A stretch of 64,000 nt of DNA from Minisyncoccota bacterium (GCA_041658985.1 JBAZZC010000003.1:10540-74539); one strand, 5' to 3'; counted from the stretch's first letter, positions 9,104-18,775 are shown. Made by a program: numbers and translations. Notes: generated by a model from the sequence alone, not told the origin.

Positions 9104-9817
9104 ATGATTTATTTTTTACACGGCACAGATACACACAAAAGTCGGAAGAAAATGCATGAAGTTTTGCAGAGTCTTTCTGCTAAAAGACCAAATTCTGAAA
9201 TTTTTAAAATAACAACGGAAAATTGGAGCGAGGGGCAATTCAATGAGCTTTTAGAATCACAGGGATTATTTGATAAAAAATATATTGTTGTTTTAGATTC
9301 TCTTTTCTCAAACAAGGAAGCTAAGGAAATTGTTGCGGGTGGATTAAAAAAAATGCAAGAAGCAGAACATTGGTTTTTGATTTTAGATGGCAAGATTGAT
9401 TCAGCAACAGTAAAAAAAGTAGAAAAAGCCTCTTATAAATCACAGGAATTTAGTGAGAAGGAAGTAAAAAAAGAATCACCAATCATTTTTTCTATTACAG
9501 ACAAACTTTTAAACAGAGATAAAAAGAAATTATGGATTTCATTTACTGATTTGTTAAGTCAGGGAATACCAGTAGAGGAAATTCACGGAGTGCTTTTTTG
9601 GGCAATGAAAAATATGATTATAGCCGGAAAGGTTTCAAGTCAAAAAGAATCTGGGTTAGCACCTTTCTCATACAGTAAAGCGCTTTCTGGAAGTAGAAAC
9701 TATAAATCAGAGGAATTACAAAAAATGTCATCCGATTTGATTGAGATGACACACAGGGTTCGTCAGGGGGAGGGGGATTTAGAAGTGATGATGGAGAAGT
9801 GGATTTTGGAGAGATAA
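9104..9817 (+). CDS. holA: DNA polymerase III delta subunit-like (HolA, short form)
   Basis: MIYFLHG.D N-terminus, S.GLF..K.IVV, C-terminal helical collar pattern. Confidence 0.7.
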   Translation: MIYFLHGTDTHKSRKKMHEVLQSLSAKRPNSEIFKITTENWSEGQFNELLESQGLFDKKYIVVLDSLFSNKEAKEIVAGGLKKMQEAEHWFLILDGKIDSATVKKVEKASYKSQEFSEKEVKKESPIIFSITDKLLNRDKKKLWISFTDLLSQGIPVEEIHGVLFWAMKNMIIAGKVSSQKESGLAPFSYSKALSGSRNYKSEELQKMSSDLIEMTHRVRQGEGDLEVMMEKWILER

Positions 9818-9884
9818 ATTCTTAAAAACGAAAGGGGCCCCAAGCGACAAAAATGTCGGGGCCCCATGTCGGACCAGACCGAGG

Positions 9885-10034
9885 TTACCGGAGAACGTTG
9901 TCGTGTCTCAGTCGTCGGCGGAAATCACCGAGAAGGAGACGAATGACAAGTCCGGCAACAATCACGTAGGCTAACATCGCTGCGCCTACGACGGAGTCTT
10001 TCACTGCCACCACGGAAGACGTTATCTTGTGCAT
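9885..10034 (-). CDS. Small 49-aa single-TM protein, GC-rich (absent from ORF track)
   Basis: Hand translation MHKITSSVVAVKDSVVGAAMLAYVIVAGLVIRLLLGDFRRRLRHDNVLR; AAGGAGAGG SD 5 nt upstream; GGGGCCCC hairpin downstream. Confidence 0.65.
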   Translation of the reverse strand: MHKITSSVVAVKDSVVGAAMLAYVIVAGLVIRLLLGDFRRRLRHDNVLR

Positions 10035-10177
10035 CCGAACCTCTCCTTGGTGAGTTGTGACCTCTTTGATTAATGCTACTCAGAAGTTTAGAAAAAGCAA
10101 ATATAAGAATTAAACAGGGTGTGAATTGGACTTTCTTGAGATTTTTGTTATATTTTGTAGGTTAATAGAGTGTTTAC

Positions 10178-10268
10178 GGTCAGGGATAATTTTCTTGCCG
10201 TCGCAAGAAAATTTCCACGACCCTGCCTCGCCTGTTTTGCATGGTAGCAAAACATGGCTGTGGCTCGC
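10178..10268. repeat. tRNA-associated structured repeat, copy 1
   Basis: GGTCAGG-[hairpin]-ACGACCCTG-CTC-[TGTTTT..AAAACA hairpin], homologous to 18566 and 23259. Confidence 0.75.
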
Positions 10269-10313
10269 AAAAGCTTTTAATAAGTCAAAGCAGTTTGATT
10301 TATTAAAGCATTT

Positions 10314-10386
10314 GCGCCCGTAGCTCAGTCGGTAGAGCAGCTCCCTTTTAAGGAGATGGTCGCAGGTTCGATTCCTGCCGGGCGCA
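10314..10386 (+). tRNA. tRNA-Lys(UUU)
   Basis: Cloverleaf GCGCCCG/CGGGCGC, anticodon loop CTTTTAA, GGTTCGATTCC. Confidence 0.93.
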
Positions 10387-10617
10387 CAATTAAAAAATCT
10401 CTGTGGTGGGGATTTTTTAATTGTGCGCCCGGAGCAAGAGTGTGGGGCACTCTTGCGTCAGGAATCGAACAGATTCACGGTTTACGCTCGCAGAAGCGAG
10501 TGTTGTGAATCTGCGTTTTAAATTCTGATGAGTGACGACGAATCAGAATTTAAAAAGATTCCGTCCAGAAAAGGTGTACTGACCATGTAATGGTCGATAT
10601 TCCTGCCGGGCGCACAA
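10371..10617 (+). mobile_element. Mini element integrated at the tRNA-Lys 3' end (19-bp att-like direct repeat)
   Basis: ATTCCTGCCGGGCGCACAA at 10371-10389 and 10599-10617 with hairpin-rich interior. Confidence 0.7.
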
Positions 10618-10775
10618 ACCAAAAAATCTCCACTGCTGGAGATTTTTTGCACTAGTGTGCTGACCGGAATACAATATAATTATAATAACTTTTAGTTGAG
10701 AGTTGAGTTTAGGTTTTATAAAAAGCAGGCACACAGAGATTCCCTGTGTGCCTGTTCAAGTGGTACTCTCCGACC

Positions 10776-12185
10776 TTACCCCAAGCGCTTGAGAAAAGCT
10801 GTTACTTCGGGCGGTAGCGGGAGCGATGGCGAAAAGACCGCTTCGTATTTGTAGTGACGGTAGGCGCCGAACACGCTCTGGAGTTCTTCTGGCGTGTGCG
10901 TCTCGTCTTGAACGACCTTCTTAATCGCCCCCAGAAGATGAGGGAAATCGACAGCAAGAGAGAAAAGCTTGTGAAGCACATCCACTTGCAGTCGATGTGG
11001 CAGACGAATTGGAGACCGGTAGTGATATGTCGAGAAGACACTCTCAACACTGTCAATCAAACCCTCCCGCAAACTCTGCTCCCCGAGCCGAGTCCCTGGA
11101 TAGGGGGTGAAAATTGAAACCCAGGCAAAATCAGGTTTGAGTTGAGTGTTGAACTCAACCGTCTCGTAGTCGTTGTCCAAGGTTGTGCCGGGAAAACCCA
11201 AAATATTCTGGGTAAAAACGGCAATACCCTGGGCGCCAAGCAACTTCCGCGCCAGAATCATCTGGGCTTTGCTAATCCGCCTGCCCAAAAGTTCTGTGCG
11301 CACCTTGTCATTACCAGCTTCTACACCCATGAAAATCTTCGCGCAACCTCCTTGCTTTAAGAGTGTAGCAACTTCTTCGTTTACCAAATCGGCCCGCAGG
11401 GAACAGATAAACGGCATGCCGATCTCAGCACGATACCTCGACACAAAGGTGCGAAGTCGAGGTCGATCAAGTACGAAAATGTCGTCGTGAAAATTGATGG
11501 TTTTCAGATTATGGTGCATCTTCAGTTCCACCAGCTCCGCCATCAAATTTTCCGCCGAGCGAGTTCTGACAAACTTCCCCTTGCTCATATAAAGAGTGCG
11601 CAAGGGTCTATTGGCGCAGTACGAACAGTCGTAGGGGCAACCTCGACTTGAAAAGACGCAATATTCCCCGTCAGCGGGAACGCGCTGAAAGAGATCTCGG
11701 TCTGGGAAAGGCAACGCATCGAGGTTCGCCACTAGTGGGCGCACTTCATTGCGATACACGACACCCTTCTCCTTGATCCAGAAATTGCGTATTTCTCTGA
11801 TCGATGAGTGGGTTTTGATCGCTTGGGCCAGCTCCACAACCGCCTCATCTCCCTCTCCGATTCCAATGACGTCCACCGCCTCATGTGTCAGAATCTCTGG
11901 CACAAGAGTCGGATGAAAACCACCAAAAACAGAGAGAAATGGGTGCCGCCGCTTGAGCCGACTGCACAATTCCAAACAATGCGTCTGTTCGCCCGTGATG
12001 ACGCTAAACATCACCACATCCGGAACGAATTCTTCGAATATTCGTTCGGTATCCTCTTGGCTGGACAGAGAGCCGCGGACGACAAACCCATGTTGCTTGA
12101 GTGCTGACGAGAGATACATCGCCCCAAGCGGTTCATCGACCAAAGCAGGACTAACGATCAAAATCCGCGGGTAATCTTTGTCCAT
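10776..12185 (-). CDS. B12-binding domain radical SAM protein, GC-rich
   Basis: PLG..YLS..LK, GG.HPT, GEG, SRGCPYDCSYC; GGAGG SD; terminator hairpin 10727-10754. Confidence 0.93.
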   Translation of the reverse strand: MDKDYPRILIVSPALVDEPLGAMYLSSALKQHGFVVRGSLSSQEDTERIFEEFVPDVVMFSVITGEQTHCLELCSRLKRRHPFLSVFGGFHPTLVPEILTHEAVDVIGIGEGDEAVVELAQAIKTHSSIREIRNFWIKEKGVVYRNEVRPLVANLDALPFPDRDLFQRVPADGEYCVFSSRGCPYDCSYCANRPLRTLYMSKGKFVRTRSAENLMAELVELKMHHNLKTINFHDDIFVLDRPRLRTFVSRYRAEIGMPFICSLRADLVNEEVATLLKQGGCAKIFMGVEAGNDKVRTELLGRRISKAQMILARKLLGAQGIAVFTQNILGFPGTTLDNDYETVEFNTQLKPDFAWVSIFTPYPGTRLGEQSLREGLIDSVESVFSTYHYRSPIRLPHRLQVDVLHKLFSLAVDFPHLLGAIKKVVQDETHTPEELQSVFGAYRHYKYEAVFSPSLPLPPEVTAFLKRLG

Positions 12186-12326
12186 TTCTCAAACCTCCAG
12201 GTTTGATACTACAATGTTGATAGTCTTTTCTAGGAACTTCTAAGTTTGATAATACAATGTTTATAGGTCTATTGTCAATATTTAAATAAAATTTACACCG
12301 CCCTCATCTCCCTAATATACAACAGC

Positions 12327-13552
12327 TTAAAACTTATATTCTTCTTTCATTGACCGACGATACCAAAGGTAGGATATAATTGCCAACCCCAACAAAATCC
12401 AAGCAAGTAATGGTCCGGGTGTGTACGTGTCGGCAACATTCCACAGATTGATTTTTTGTAGGGAGATAGAGCCGTTTACTGTGGCAACATCATCAATAAG
12501 ATTGCTGTCCCGTGTTTCTATATACTTCAGATTTTCTTGTCCATATTTAATTCGTGTATCAACTCCGCCTATCTTTGTTTGATAATTTCTGTTTTCATTT
12601 ATAATTTCAGATTCAAGATTGCCAATCTCAACTTGCAACTGATTAATTTTATTTAGAATCTCTGCCTGACGTACTGGTGTCGCAATTTTATACTCGGCTT
12701 TGAGGGTTGTTACTTCTGAATTTATAGAGTTAATCCTAGTTTGATACAAAGAAATGTTTTGGTTGTGATTTCTTACGATTTGTTGTCTTTCTGCGTTTAA
12801 ATCACTTAGGTTGTTTTGGACTTGCTTCTGGTTTTGTTCAAGGGCTTGTTTTTGAGAAAGAAGGTTTTAGAATTTGTTTGTTCAATGTAAAATCTTGACC
12901 CCACTAAGTTTTTTACCTCTTCTCTGAAAGCATCAAATTCACTTTTTGGTATAGCAAAACTAATGTCGCCCCATTTGTCTCCGCTATTTGATGTATCCAC
13001 CCTTCCGTTAAAGCCCCTAACCATGATTTCTATCCTATTTTTTGTATCGGACACTTGTCTAGTTTGAAGTGTTGCATTGTAGTTAATTTTTAGAAACTCC
13101 CTTTTATCAGAAATGGCTCCGCTTGGTTGTGGCACTGGAGGAGTTGGTCTGTAAATGTTTATTTCTGGAGCATACATAACCCTAGATTCATCTGAGGCGA
13201 CTATTTTATTAGCAGTATTACCTGTTGCACTGGTTTGTTCTACTGAATCTCTAGCATTGTTGCTGTAGTCAATTGCTTCTACAGAAGGTATTTCAATACC
13301 ACCGCTTGAGACGGTGAAGTTTTTACTGACACCACCTGAACCATAGCTTATAAGTAGAGTAATTACGGCCATTGTTGCAAAGGCATATGAAAACCATGGA
13401 GAATGATGTTGGGCGTAAGGAGATATTTTATCTACAACGACAGGAACATTTGATAAAATCTCTCTTTTTAGCGCCTCATTATTTTGAGGTGTTTGTTGTT
13501 TGTTTTTTCCCCAAGATTCAAGTATGTCATGAATTGTTTTGTGATTAGTCAT
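12327..13552 (-). pseudogene. DUF4349-type membrane protein / putative anti-sigma factor, split by a 1-nt frameshift near 12865-12869
   Basis: The alternative frame after ..EQTNS reads NLLSQKQALEQNQ..NISLYQT and runs into the 12327..12749 ORF; directly downstream of ECF sigma. Confidence 0.7.
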
Positions 13553-14040
13553 ATTTGTTGGTTTTTAAGTATAAGTTTTGCGGCTCCCAAAGCACGGTGC
13601 ATTCTGACTCTTATTGTCACAGGATTTGTTTTAAGAATTTTTGCAATATTGTTTAGTGGCAGGCCGGCGATATAGTGTAAATTAATAAGCTCTTGGTCAC
13701 TTAGAGAAAGTTGAGCTAACATTTGGTCTATAAAAATTTTATCTTCTTCTTTTGAATTTATTTCTTCTTTGTCGTGTATTACGGGGTCAAACGGAATTTC
13801 TCTTTTGGGTTTGCGCCAATGTTGTTTGCACTCATTTCGGGCGATGGCAAATAGCCACGAAGAAAAACTAGTGTCATTGCGATTATCAAATTTAGGAAGC
13901 GCCTCAATAGCCTTAAGCCAGGTGGTCTGTAATATGTCTTCGGCCAGGTTTTTGTCGTGCAGGGTGTTCACTAGATAACCGTATAATCTTGGGGTTATAG
14001 TATCCCACAGCGCACCAATGTGGTCTTTATTTAAGGTCAT
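13549..14040 (-). CDS. ECF RNA polymerase sigma-70 factor
   Basis: AEDILQ.TWLKA, FSSWLFAIARN, region-4 IAKIL...TIRVRMHRA. Confidence 0.92.
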   Translation of the reverse strand: MTLNKDHIGALWDTITPRLYGYLVNTLHDKNLAEDILQTTWLKAIEALPKFDNRNDTSFSSWLFAIARNECKQHWRKPKREIPFDPVIHDKEEINSKEEDKIFIDQMLAQLSLSDQELINLHYIAGLPLNNIAKILKTNPVTIRVRMHRALGAAKLILKNQQI

Positions 14041-14115
14041 TTTATTTATGAAGTATGATCACATTAAGTATAATGCATCAACTAGGCAAAATGTTACAAT
14101 TTGACCAATTTTTAT

Positions 14116-14469
14116 TTATAGAGGCAGATCTAAAGCAAAAAATCCTGGGCCAGTGAACAATAAAGACAATAGAATAACTTTTATTACCACATATAAAATT
14201 TTCTTCTCTGTTGAAAAAGTAGCTGAGTTATTTTCTAAAAAATAATCAAAACAAATTACTAAGATGGAAACAATAGCTGCTATTTGTGTATAAAAACCAG
14301 CAATGAGTAAAATACCAGACAAAATATAAATAACTGCTGACCAACTGTAGATTTTCTGGTTACGCTCTTTTCCGAGATATATCATAAACAGACCTACAGT
14401 TAGACGGAGTAAGGTTGGAGCGATAAGTCCAAGAAAAAATAATTGTGGAAAAACAGCTAATGGATGCAT
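14116..14469 (-). CDS. DoxX-like membrane protein
   Basis: LLRLTVG, LLIAGFYTQIAA, LLFTGPGFFALD; start taken at the ATG of MHPL. Confidence 0.75.
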   Translation of the reverse strand: MHPLAVFPQLFFLGLIAPTLLRLTVGLFMIYLGKERNQKIYSWSAVIYILSGILLIAGFYTQIAAIVSILVICFDYFLENNSATFSTEKKILYVVIKVILLSLLFTGPGFFALDLPL

Positions 14470-14485
14470 GAAAATAGTATACAAT

Positions 14486-14583
14486 AACTAATTTCTAATT
14501 ACTAATTAATCTAAATAATGACCAAACCCCAATAATCAGCTAGTATTTCTTTAGAAATTAGAAATTAGGTTAATTAGAAATTT
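14486..14583. repeat. Gene-less copy of the inverted CTAATT/AATTAG repeat cassette
   Basis: CTAATTTCTAATT... facing ...TTAGAAATTAGAAATTAGGTTAATTAG, the same units as 558-1005. Confidence 0.7.
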
Positions 14584-14612
14584 GTTTGGTATGTGTTATA
14601 TTGCTATAAATT

Positions 14613-15095
14613 ATGAAAAAATCTAACCTTCAGATTTCTGTCTTACTGCACAATATTCGTAGTACTCACAATGTTGGGTCTATTTTTCGGACCTCTGATG
14701 CTCTGGGTATCACCAAGATTTATTTATCTGGATTTTCTCCTACACCGGTAGATAAATTTGGAAAACCAAGAAAAGATATCACAAAAGTAGCCTTGGGTGG
14801 AGAAAAAAATATTTCTTGGGAGTATTCAAAAAATCCAGAAAAAATAATTAAAAAACTAAAAAAATCTAACTATCAAATAATTGGTTTGGAACAAACAAAA
14901 AATTCACAGGATTATAAAAAGGTAAAAATTAAATCCCCGACTTTATTTATAGTAGGGAATGAGGTGGAAGGGGTTGAAAGAAAGATTTTATCTCTTTGTG
15001 ATGTTCTAGTTGAAATACCAATGAAAGGTAAAAAGGAGTCACTAAACGTTTCTGTGGCTTTCGGGGTGGCTCTCTTTAGAATACTTAATATTTGA
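14613..15095 (+). CDS. TrmH/SpoU family RNA methyltransferase
   Basis: NIRS.HNVGSIFRT, VGNEVEG, IPM.G.KESLNVSVA. Confidence 0.93.
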   Translation: MKKSNLQISVLLHNIRSTHNVGSIFRTSDALGITKIYLSGFSPTPVDKFGKPRKDITKVALGGEKNISWEYSKNPEKIIKKLKKSNYQIIGLEQTKNSQDYKKVKIKSPTLFIVGNEVEGVERKILSLCDVLVEIPMKGKKESLNVSVAFGVALFRILNI

Positions 15096-15972
15096 GTGTA
15101 TCCACCACTTTTCCAAAATTATCGTATAGAATAATAACCTCACGTTTGTCTTTCCATAAACTCTCACCACGTTTTAGATATACTCTCCACTCTTTCAAAT
15201 AAAAATCCTTGTCATTTTTATGAGTGTCTACGCACGAAGAATAGTTTATTTTTTTTGATATAAAGTTATTACACTCAACACCCAAATATTGTGGGGGTGT
15301 TTCCGTTTGGATTCTGCACGTTGGCATTGAATCAATATAGTCAAAACAACGGTCATTGGCTGTTATTTTTGGTATGGAAGAAAGGTCCTCGTCTCTAGGT
15401 GCCGGACAATTGCTGTTTAGGTAAGGAACAAAAGTTTGAAATTGTCCGAGATATCCAGAACATTTGTTGGCTCTAAAACTGCTACCATTTGGAGAAATAC
15501 CGGTAATGAGATATAAAGTATCTCCGCCGATTAGAAATATATTATCTTCTGTGTTCATTACTCCAGCAAAAAATAAGTATGATGCTTTTGGTATTAATAT
15601 TTGATTTTTTGTGTTCAGGCTTTTTAAAATCCAGCCAGTAACGGGTACCGTTCCCGTCGCATTATTGGCCATTTTTATGGTGACATATTCTTGGCTTGGA
15701 TTTGTGGACCTATTTATATATGAAAGTGTTATCACCCCCTTGTACTGACTCTGGGTTTTTTTGTCCTCCTCTATCTGAAGTTGCTTTTTTAAATCATCAA
15801 TCTGATTTTGGGTGTCTATAATTTTTTGTTCAACTGATACCTCTGTCTGTTTTTGGGTTTCATTGCCGGTGGGGGCTGGTTGGGTGACACCGGCGTTTTT
15901 ACTACCACCAAATAAAGCAATGGCCACGATAGCCAGTAGAATTAAAATTCCTGTTGAGTCTTCTTTACTCAT
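15085..15972 (-). CDS. Hypothetical membrane-anchored extracellular protein (Cys-rich, possibly lamin-tail-like)
   Basis: N-terminal TM, coiled coil, EYVTI..N...V.VTGW.L, several Cys. Confidence 0.7.
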   Translation of the reverse strand: MSKEDSTGILILLAIVAIALFGGSKNAGVTQPAPTGNETQKQTEVSVEQKIIDTQNQIDDLKKQLQIEEDKKTQSQYKGVITLSYINRSTNPSQEYVTIKMANNATGTVPVTGWILKSLNTKNQILIPKASYLFFAGVMNTEDNIFLIGGDTLYLITGISPNGSSFRANKCSGYLGQFQTFVPYLNSNCPAPRDEDLSSIPKITANDRCFDYIDSMPTCRIQTETPPQYLGVECNNFISKKINYSSCVDTHKNDKDFYLKEWRVYLKRGESLWKDKREVIILYDNFGKVVDTLKY

Positions 15973-16010
15973 ATTTCTCTATTTTACAACAAAATTACCC
16001 AAAATGCTTT

Positions 16011-16146
16011 ACCCGCACACCAATTTTGGCATTGTCTCTATATTGCCACATCAATAATTATATAAAGAACGAGTCATTTTCATCTAAGTAAGGTTGTTTA
16101 ATTATCTTGAGAGACTGGGCAATGATGCCAAATTTGGTGTTCGGGT
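16011..16146. mobile_element. Family-1 TIR element, copy 4 (136 bp)
   Basis: ACCCGCACACCAATTTTGGCAT / ATGCCAAATTTGGTGTTCGGGT; inner GTCTCT..ATTGCC / AGAGAC..GGCAAT; abuts mutM stop. Confidence 0.83.
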
Positions 16147-17046
16147 TTATTTTTGGTGGACATTGCAAAAATGGCTAGTTCTACCCCCGATTATCTTTCT
16201 CATAATAATCCCTCGGCAGTCCTTTTTTAGACATTTTTCTTCTGTCCTTTGGTAAACCTTGTGGCTGTTTTGAAATCTACCTCTTTTTCCATCAACATTC
16301 CTGTAGTCTGACATAGAATCTCCTCCCATTTTGATTGACTTTGTAAGAATGGTTTTTATGGCTTTCCACATGGTTTTTAACTCTTTGTCTTTTAAGTTTG
16401 AAGTTTTTCGTTCCGGATGTATTTCTGCCGTCCACAAGATTTCGTCCGAATAAATATTACCAATTCCAGCGAGGATTGTTTGGTCCATTAAAACAGTTTT
16501 TATTTTTCCGTTGGGTTTTTTCAATAATTGTTTTTTTAATGTTTCTAGAGATAAGCCGGGGATTGATTCTGGTCCCAAGATTGTTAGGTCAATAACTTCG
16601 TTTCTTTTGCTGGTTTCAAAAAGAGTTACTTTGGCAAATTTGCGCATGTCGGAGAAAGCCAGGTGTTTCTTGTTTGAAAATGTAAATAAGAGATGAATAA
16701 ATTTATTGAATGGGTCAGAAAGAAGTTTTTCGTTACTTCTCCACTTTTTGTTTTCCCAGAGATATTTTCCATATAAAAAGTGTCCAGTCATTTTCATATG
16801 AGCCAAGATTGTTTTGTTGTTTGTCAGGTGAATAAGAATATTTTTTCCTCTCCGCTCGGTGTTTTTTACTTTTTCACCAACGACTTCCTCTCTAAAATGT
16901 TCGAAAAAACCCTTGTTTTTAATTACATCCTCTCGTTTATTTTTTGTTCGCAAAAAATAATCAGACCAAACATCTGTGATTTTGAGATTTTTAATGGTTC
17001 TGTTGAGACCATTAACTGTCGTTTGTACTTCGGGCAATTCAGGCAT
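16147..17046 (-). CDS. mutM: Formamidopyrimidine-DNA glycosylase
   Basis: MPELPEV, RRGK, HMKMTG, AGIGNIYSDE, C-terminal zinc finger. Confidence 0.96.
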   Translation of the reverse strand: MPELPEVQTTVNGLNRTIKNLKITDVWSDYFLRTKNKREDVIKNKGFFEHFREEVVGEKVKNTERRGKNILIHLTNNKTILAHMKMTGHFLYGKYLWENKKWRSNEKLLSDPFNKFIHLLFTFSNKKHLAFSDMRKFAKVTLFETSKRNEVIDLTILGPESIPGLSLETLKKQLLKKPNGKIKTVLMDQTILAGIGNIYSDEILWTAEIHPERKTSNLKDKELKTMWKAIKTILTKSIKMGGDSMSDYRNVDGKRGRFQNSHKVYQRTEEKCLKKDCRGIIMRKIIGGRTSHFCNVHQK

Positions 17047-17093
17047 TTTGTATTTACTTTATGGACTTTATAACTTTATAAACTTTTGACTCA

Positions 17094-17681
17094 CTACGAT
17101 AGTAGTTTCATTGCCTTTTTTATTTTTTCCCCGGTACTTTTTTCACCCCCTGCTTTTTTCAGTGCTTCTCGCGCCTCACGTTCACCAAACCCCAGAGATT
17201 TTAGGGCCTCGAGAGCGTCAATGTCGTCGGAAAGGGAAGACCCATCACTTCCAACGTGTTCTAGCTTGTCTCGGAGTTCTACAACTATTTTCTCGGCATT
17301 TTTCTTGCCAACCCCGGAGACTTTTGTAAGATGTGCCGTGTCACCTGTAACTATTGCCTGGCGTAAGTTTTGGAGTGAAGCGATGTTTAAGATACCAAGG
17401 GCCGACTTTGGTCCAATGCCAGAAACGGTTAAGAGAAGCTCAAAAAAGTTAAGTTCCTCCCTCGTTCCAAATCCATATAAATCTAGGGCATTTTCTCTAA
17501 CAGCCAAATGTGTCCAAAATTCTGTCGTAGCTTGCGCCTTATATGATTTATTGCCTTCGCTTCGCTCCGGCGAGGACAGGGAGGCTGTATTTGTGTAGAT
17601 TTTATAACCAACACCAGAAACATCCAGTGTTATTGATTTTAAGTCTTGGTGTATTATCTTTCCTTTTAAATATCCAATCAT
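17094..17681 (-). CDS. ruvA: Holliday junction branch migration protein RuvA (with repeat-derived insert)
   Basis: MIGYLKG, GVGY, VRE..LDLYGF, VSGIGPKSA, GVGKKNAEKIVVEL. Confidence 0.96.
   Translation of the reverse strand: MIGYLKGKIIHQDLKSITLDVSGVGYKIYTNTASLSSPERSEGNKSYKAQATTEFWTHLAVRENALDLYGFGTREELNFFELLLTVSGIGPKSALGILNIASLQNLRQAIVTGDTAHLTKVSGVGKKNAEKIVVELRDKLEHVGSDGSSLSDDIDALEALKSLGFGEREAREALKKAGGEKSTGEKIKKAMKLLS
17522..17573 (-). repeat. 52-bp in-frame coding repeat, copy 1 (SPERSEGNKSYKAQATT)
   Basis: 50/52 identical to 34096-34147. Confidence 0.9.
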
Positions 17682-17844
17682 AATAGCTATTGTATCATTT
17701 TGTTGTGTTTTTTCGAAGTTTGTGTATTATATTACCAATATGCCTATAACCCCATACCAGAGCAAAGCTCGGTACGGGGCAGGAAGTTCCAGTTTTGATT
17801 TTATTTATGTAAATACAATTATTATATAAATCGGTTTATATCAT

Positions 17845-18105
17845 ATGCCCATAACAACATCAGCAAAAAAAGCCCTAAGAGGCTCCAAAAGAAAGAGGGA
17901 GTTTAATATTGTTAAAAAAGAACTTTTAAACAAGGCTGTTAAGAAAGTTAAAAAGTTGATTGTAGAAAAAAAGACAAAAGAAGCTCTTGCTATGATGCCG
18001 GAGGTTCAGAAGATAATTGATAAGTCTGTAAAAACGGGATTATTAAAGAAAAACACTGCAGCCAGAAAGAAGTCAAGAATCTCTGCCATGATAAAAAAAA
18101 CTTAA
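17845..18105 (+). CDS. rpsT: 30S ribosomal protein S20
   Basis: MPITTSAKKALR...IDK..K.G...KNTAARKKSR. Confidence 0.95.
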   Translation: MPITTSAKKALRGSKRKREFNIVKKELLNKAVKKVKKLIVEKKTKEALAMMPEVQKIIDKSVKTGLLKKNTAARKKSRISAMIKKT

Positions 18106-18135
18106 AAACAAAAAACCTGACGAAAGTCAGTTTTT

Positions 18136-18558
18136 TTGTTAAACTTTGTTTATATGACCGGAAAGAGTAAAAGCGACAGAATTTTTAGTATTGATATATG
18201 GAGATATTTAGTAAACTTTTGGACACTGGTTATTTATATTATTGTTGTAGCTGACTTTTTTATGAGGAATAGTCTGGTGGAATTTCTTGGGCCAATCTGT
18301 GCTATCTACATTGCTCTTCTGGCTGTCTATACTACCCAAAAAGAGTTTGAACGATGGCATGATGAAAATATTGGCAAACATCCCGGGGAAGTATATGTAA
18401 TAGTTTGGACTGCCTTAATTGTTGTATTAATTGTTCTAGAAATTATTTACCAAGAGAGTTATGTATTACCAAGTGAAGCTTTTTCAACATATGTTGTAGT
18501 GATGGGTATATTAGCAATCTCAAGAAGGTCAAAGGCAAATTATTGTCGTATAAAATAA
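18136..18558 (+). CDS. Hypothetical 4-TM membrane protein
   Basis: Four hydrophobic segments; start uncertain. Confidence 0.7.
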   Translation: MLNFVYMTGKSKSDRIFSIDIWRYLVNFWTLVIYIIVVADFFMRNSLVEFLGPICAIYIALLAVYTTQKEFERWHDENIGKHPGEVYVIVWTALIVVLIVLEIIYQESYVLPSEAFSTYVVVMGILAISRRSKANYCRIK

Positions 18559-18565
18559 AAACTTT

Positions 18566-18707
18566 GTGGTCAGGAATATTTTGCTCGTCGTCACTCGCAA
18601 AATTTCATGACCCTGACTCAGCTGTTTTTTCTGTTGAAAAAACATGCTTCCGTCCAGCACATAACAATAAAAATCTCCAGCAGTGGAGATTTTTATTGTT
18701 ATGTGCT
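18566..18707. repeat. tRNA-associated structured repeat, copy 2, with hairpin pairing into the tRNA 3' end
   Basis: Highly similar to 23259-23400; AGCACATAACAATAAAAATCTCC / GGAGATTTTTATTGTTATGTGCT stem. Confidence 0.88.
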
Positions 18708-18775
18708 CACGGCAGGAATCGAACCTGCATTTCTCCCTTCGCAGGGGAGTGTCTTATCCATTCAACGACGCGAGC
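18704..18775 (-). tRNA. tRNA-Arg(GCG)
   Basis: Anticodon arm CTCCC-CTGCGAA-GGGAG, T arm GGTTCGATTCC. Confidence 0.9.
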
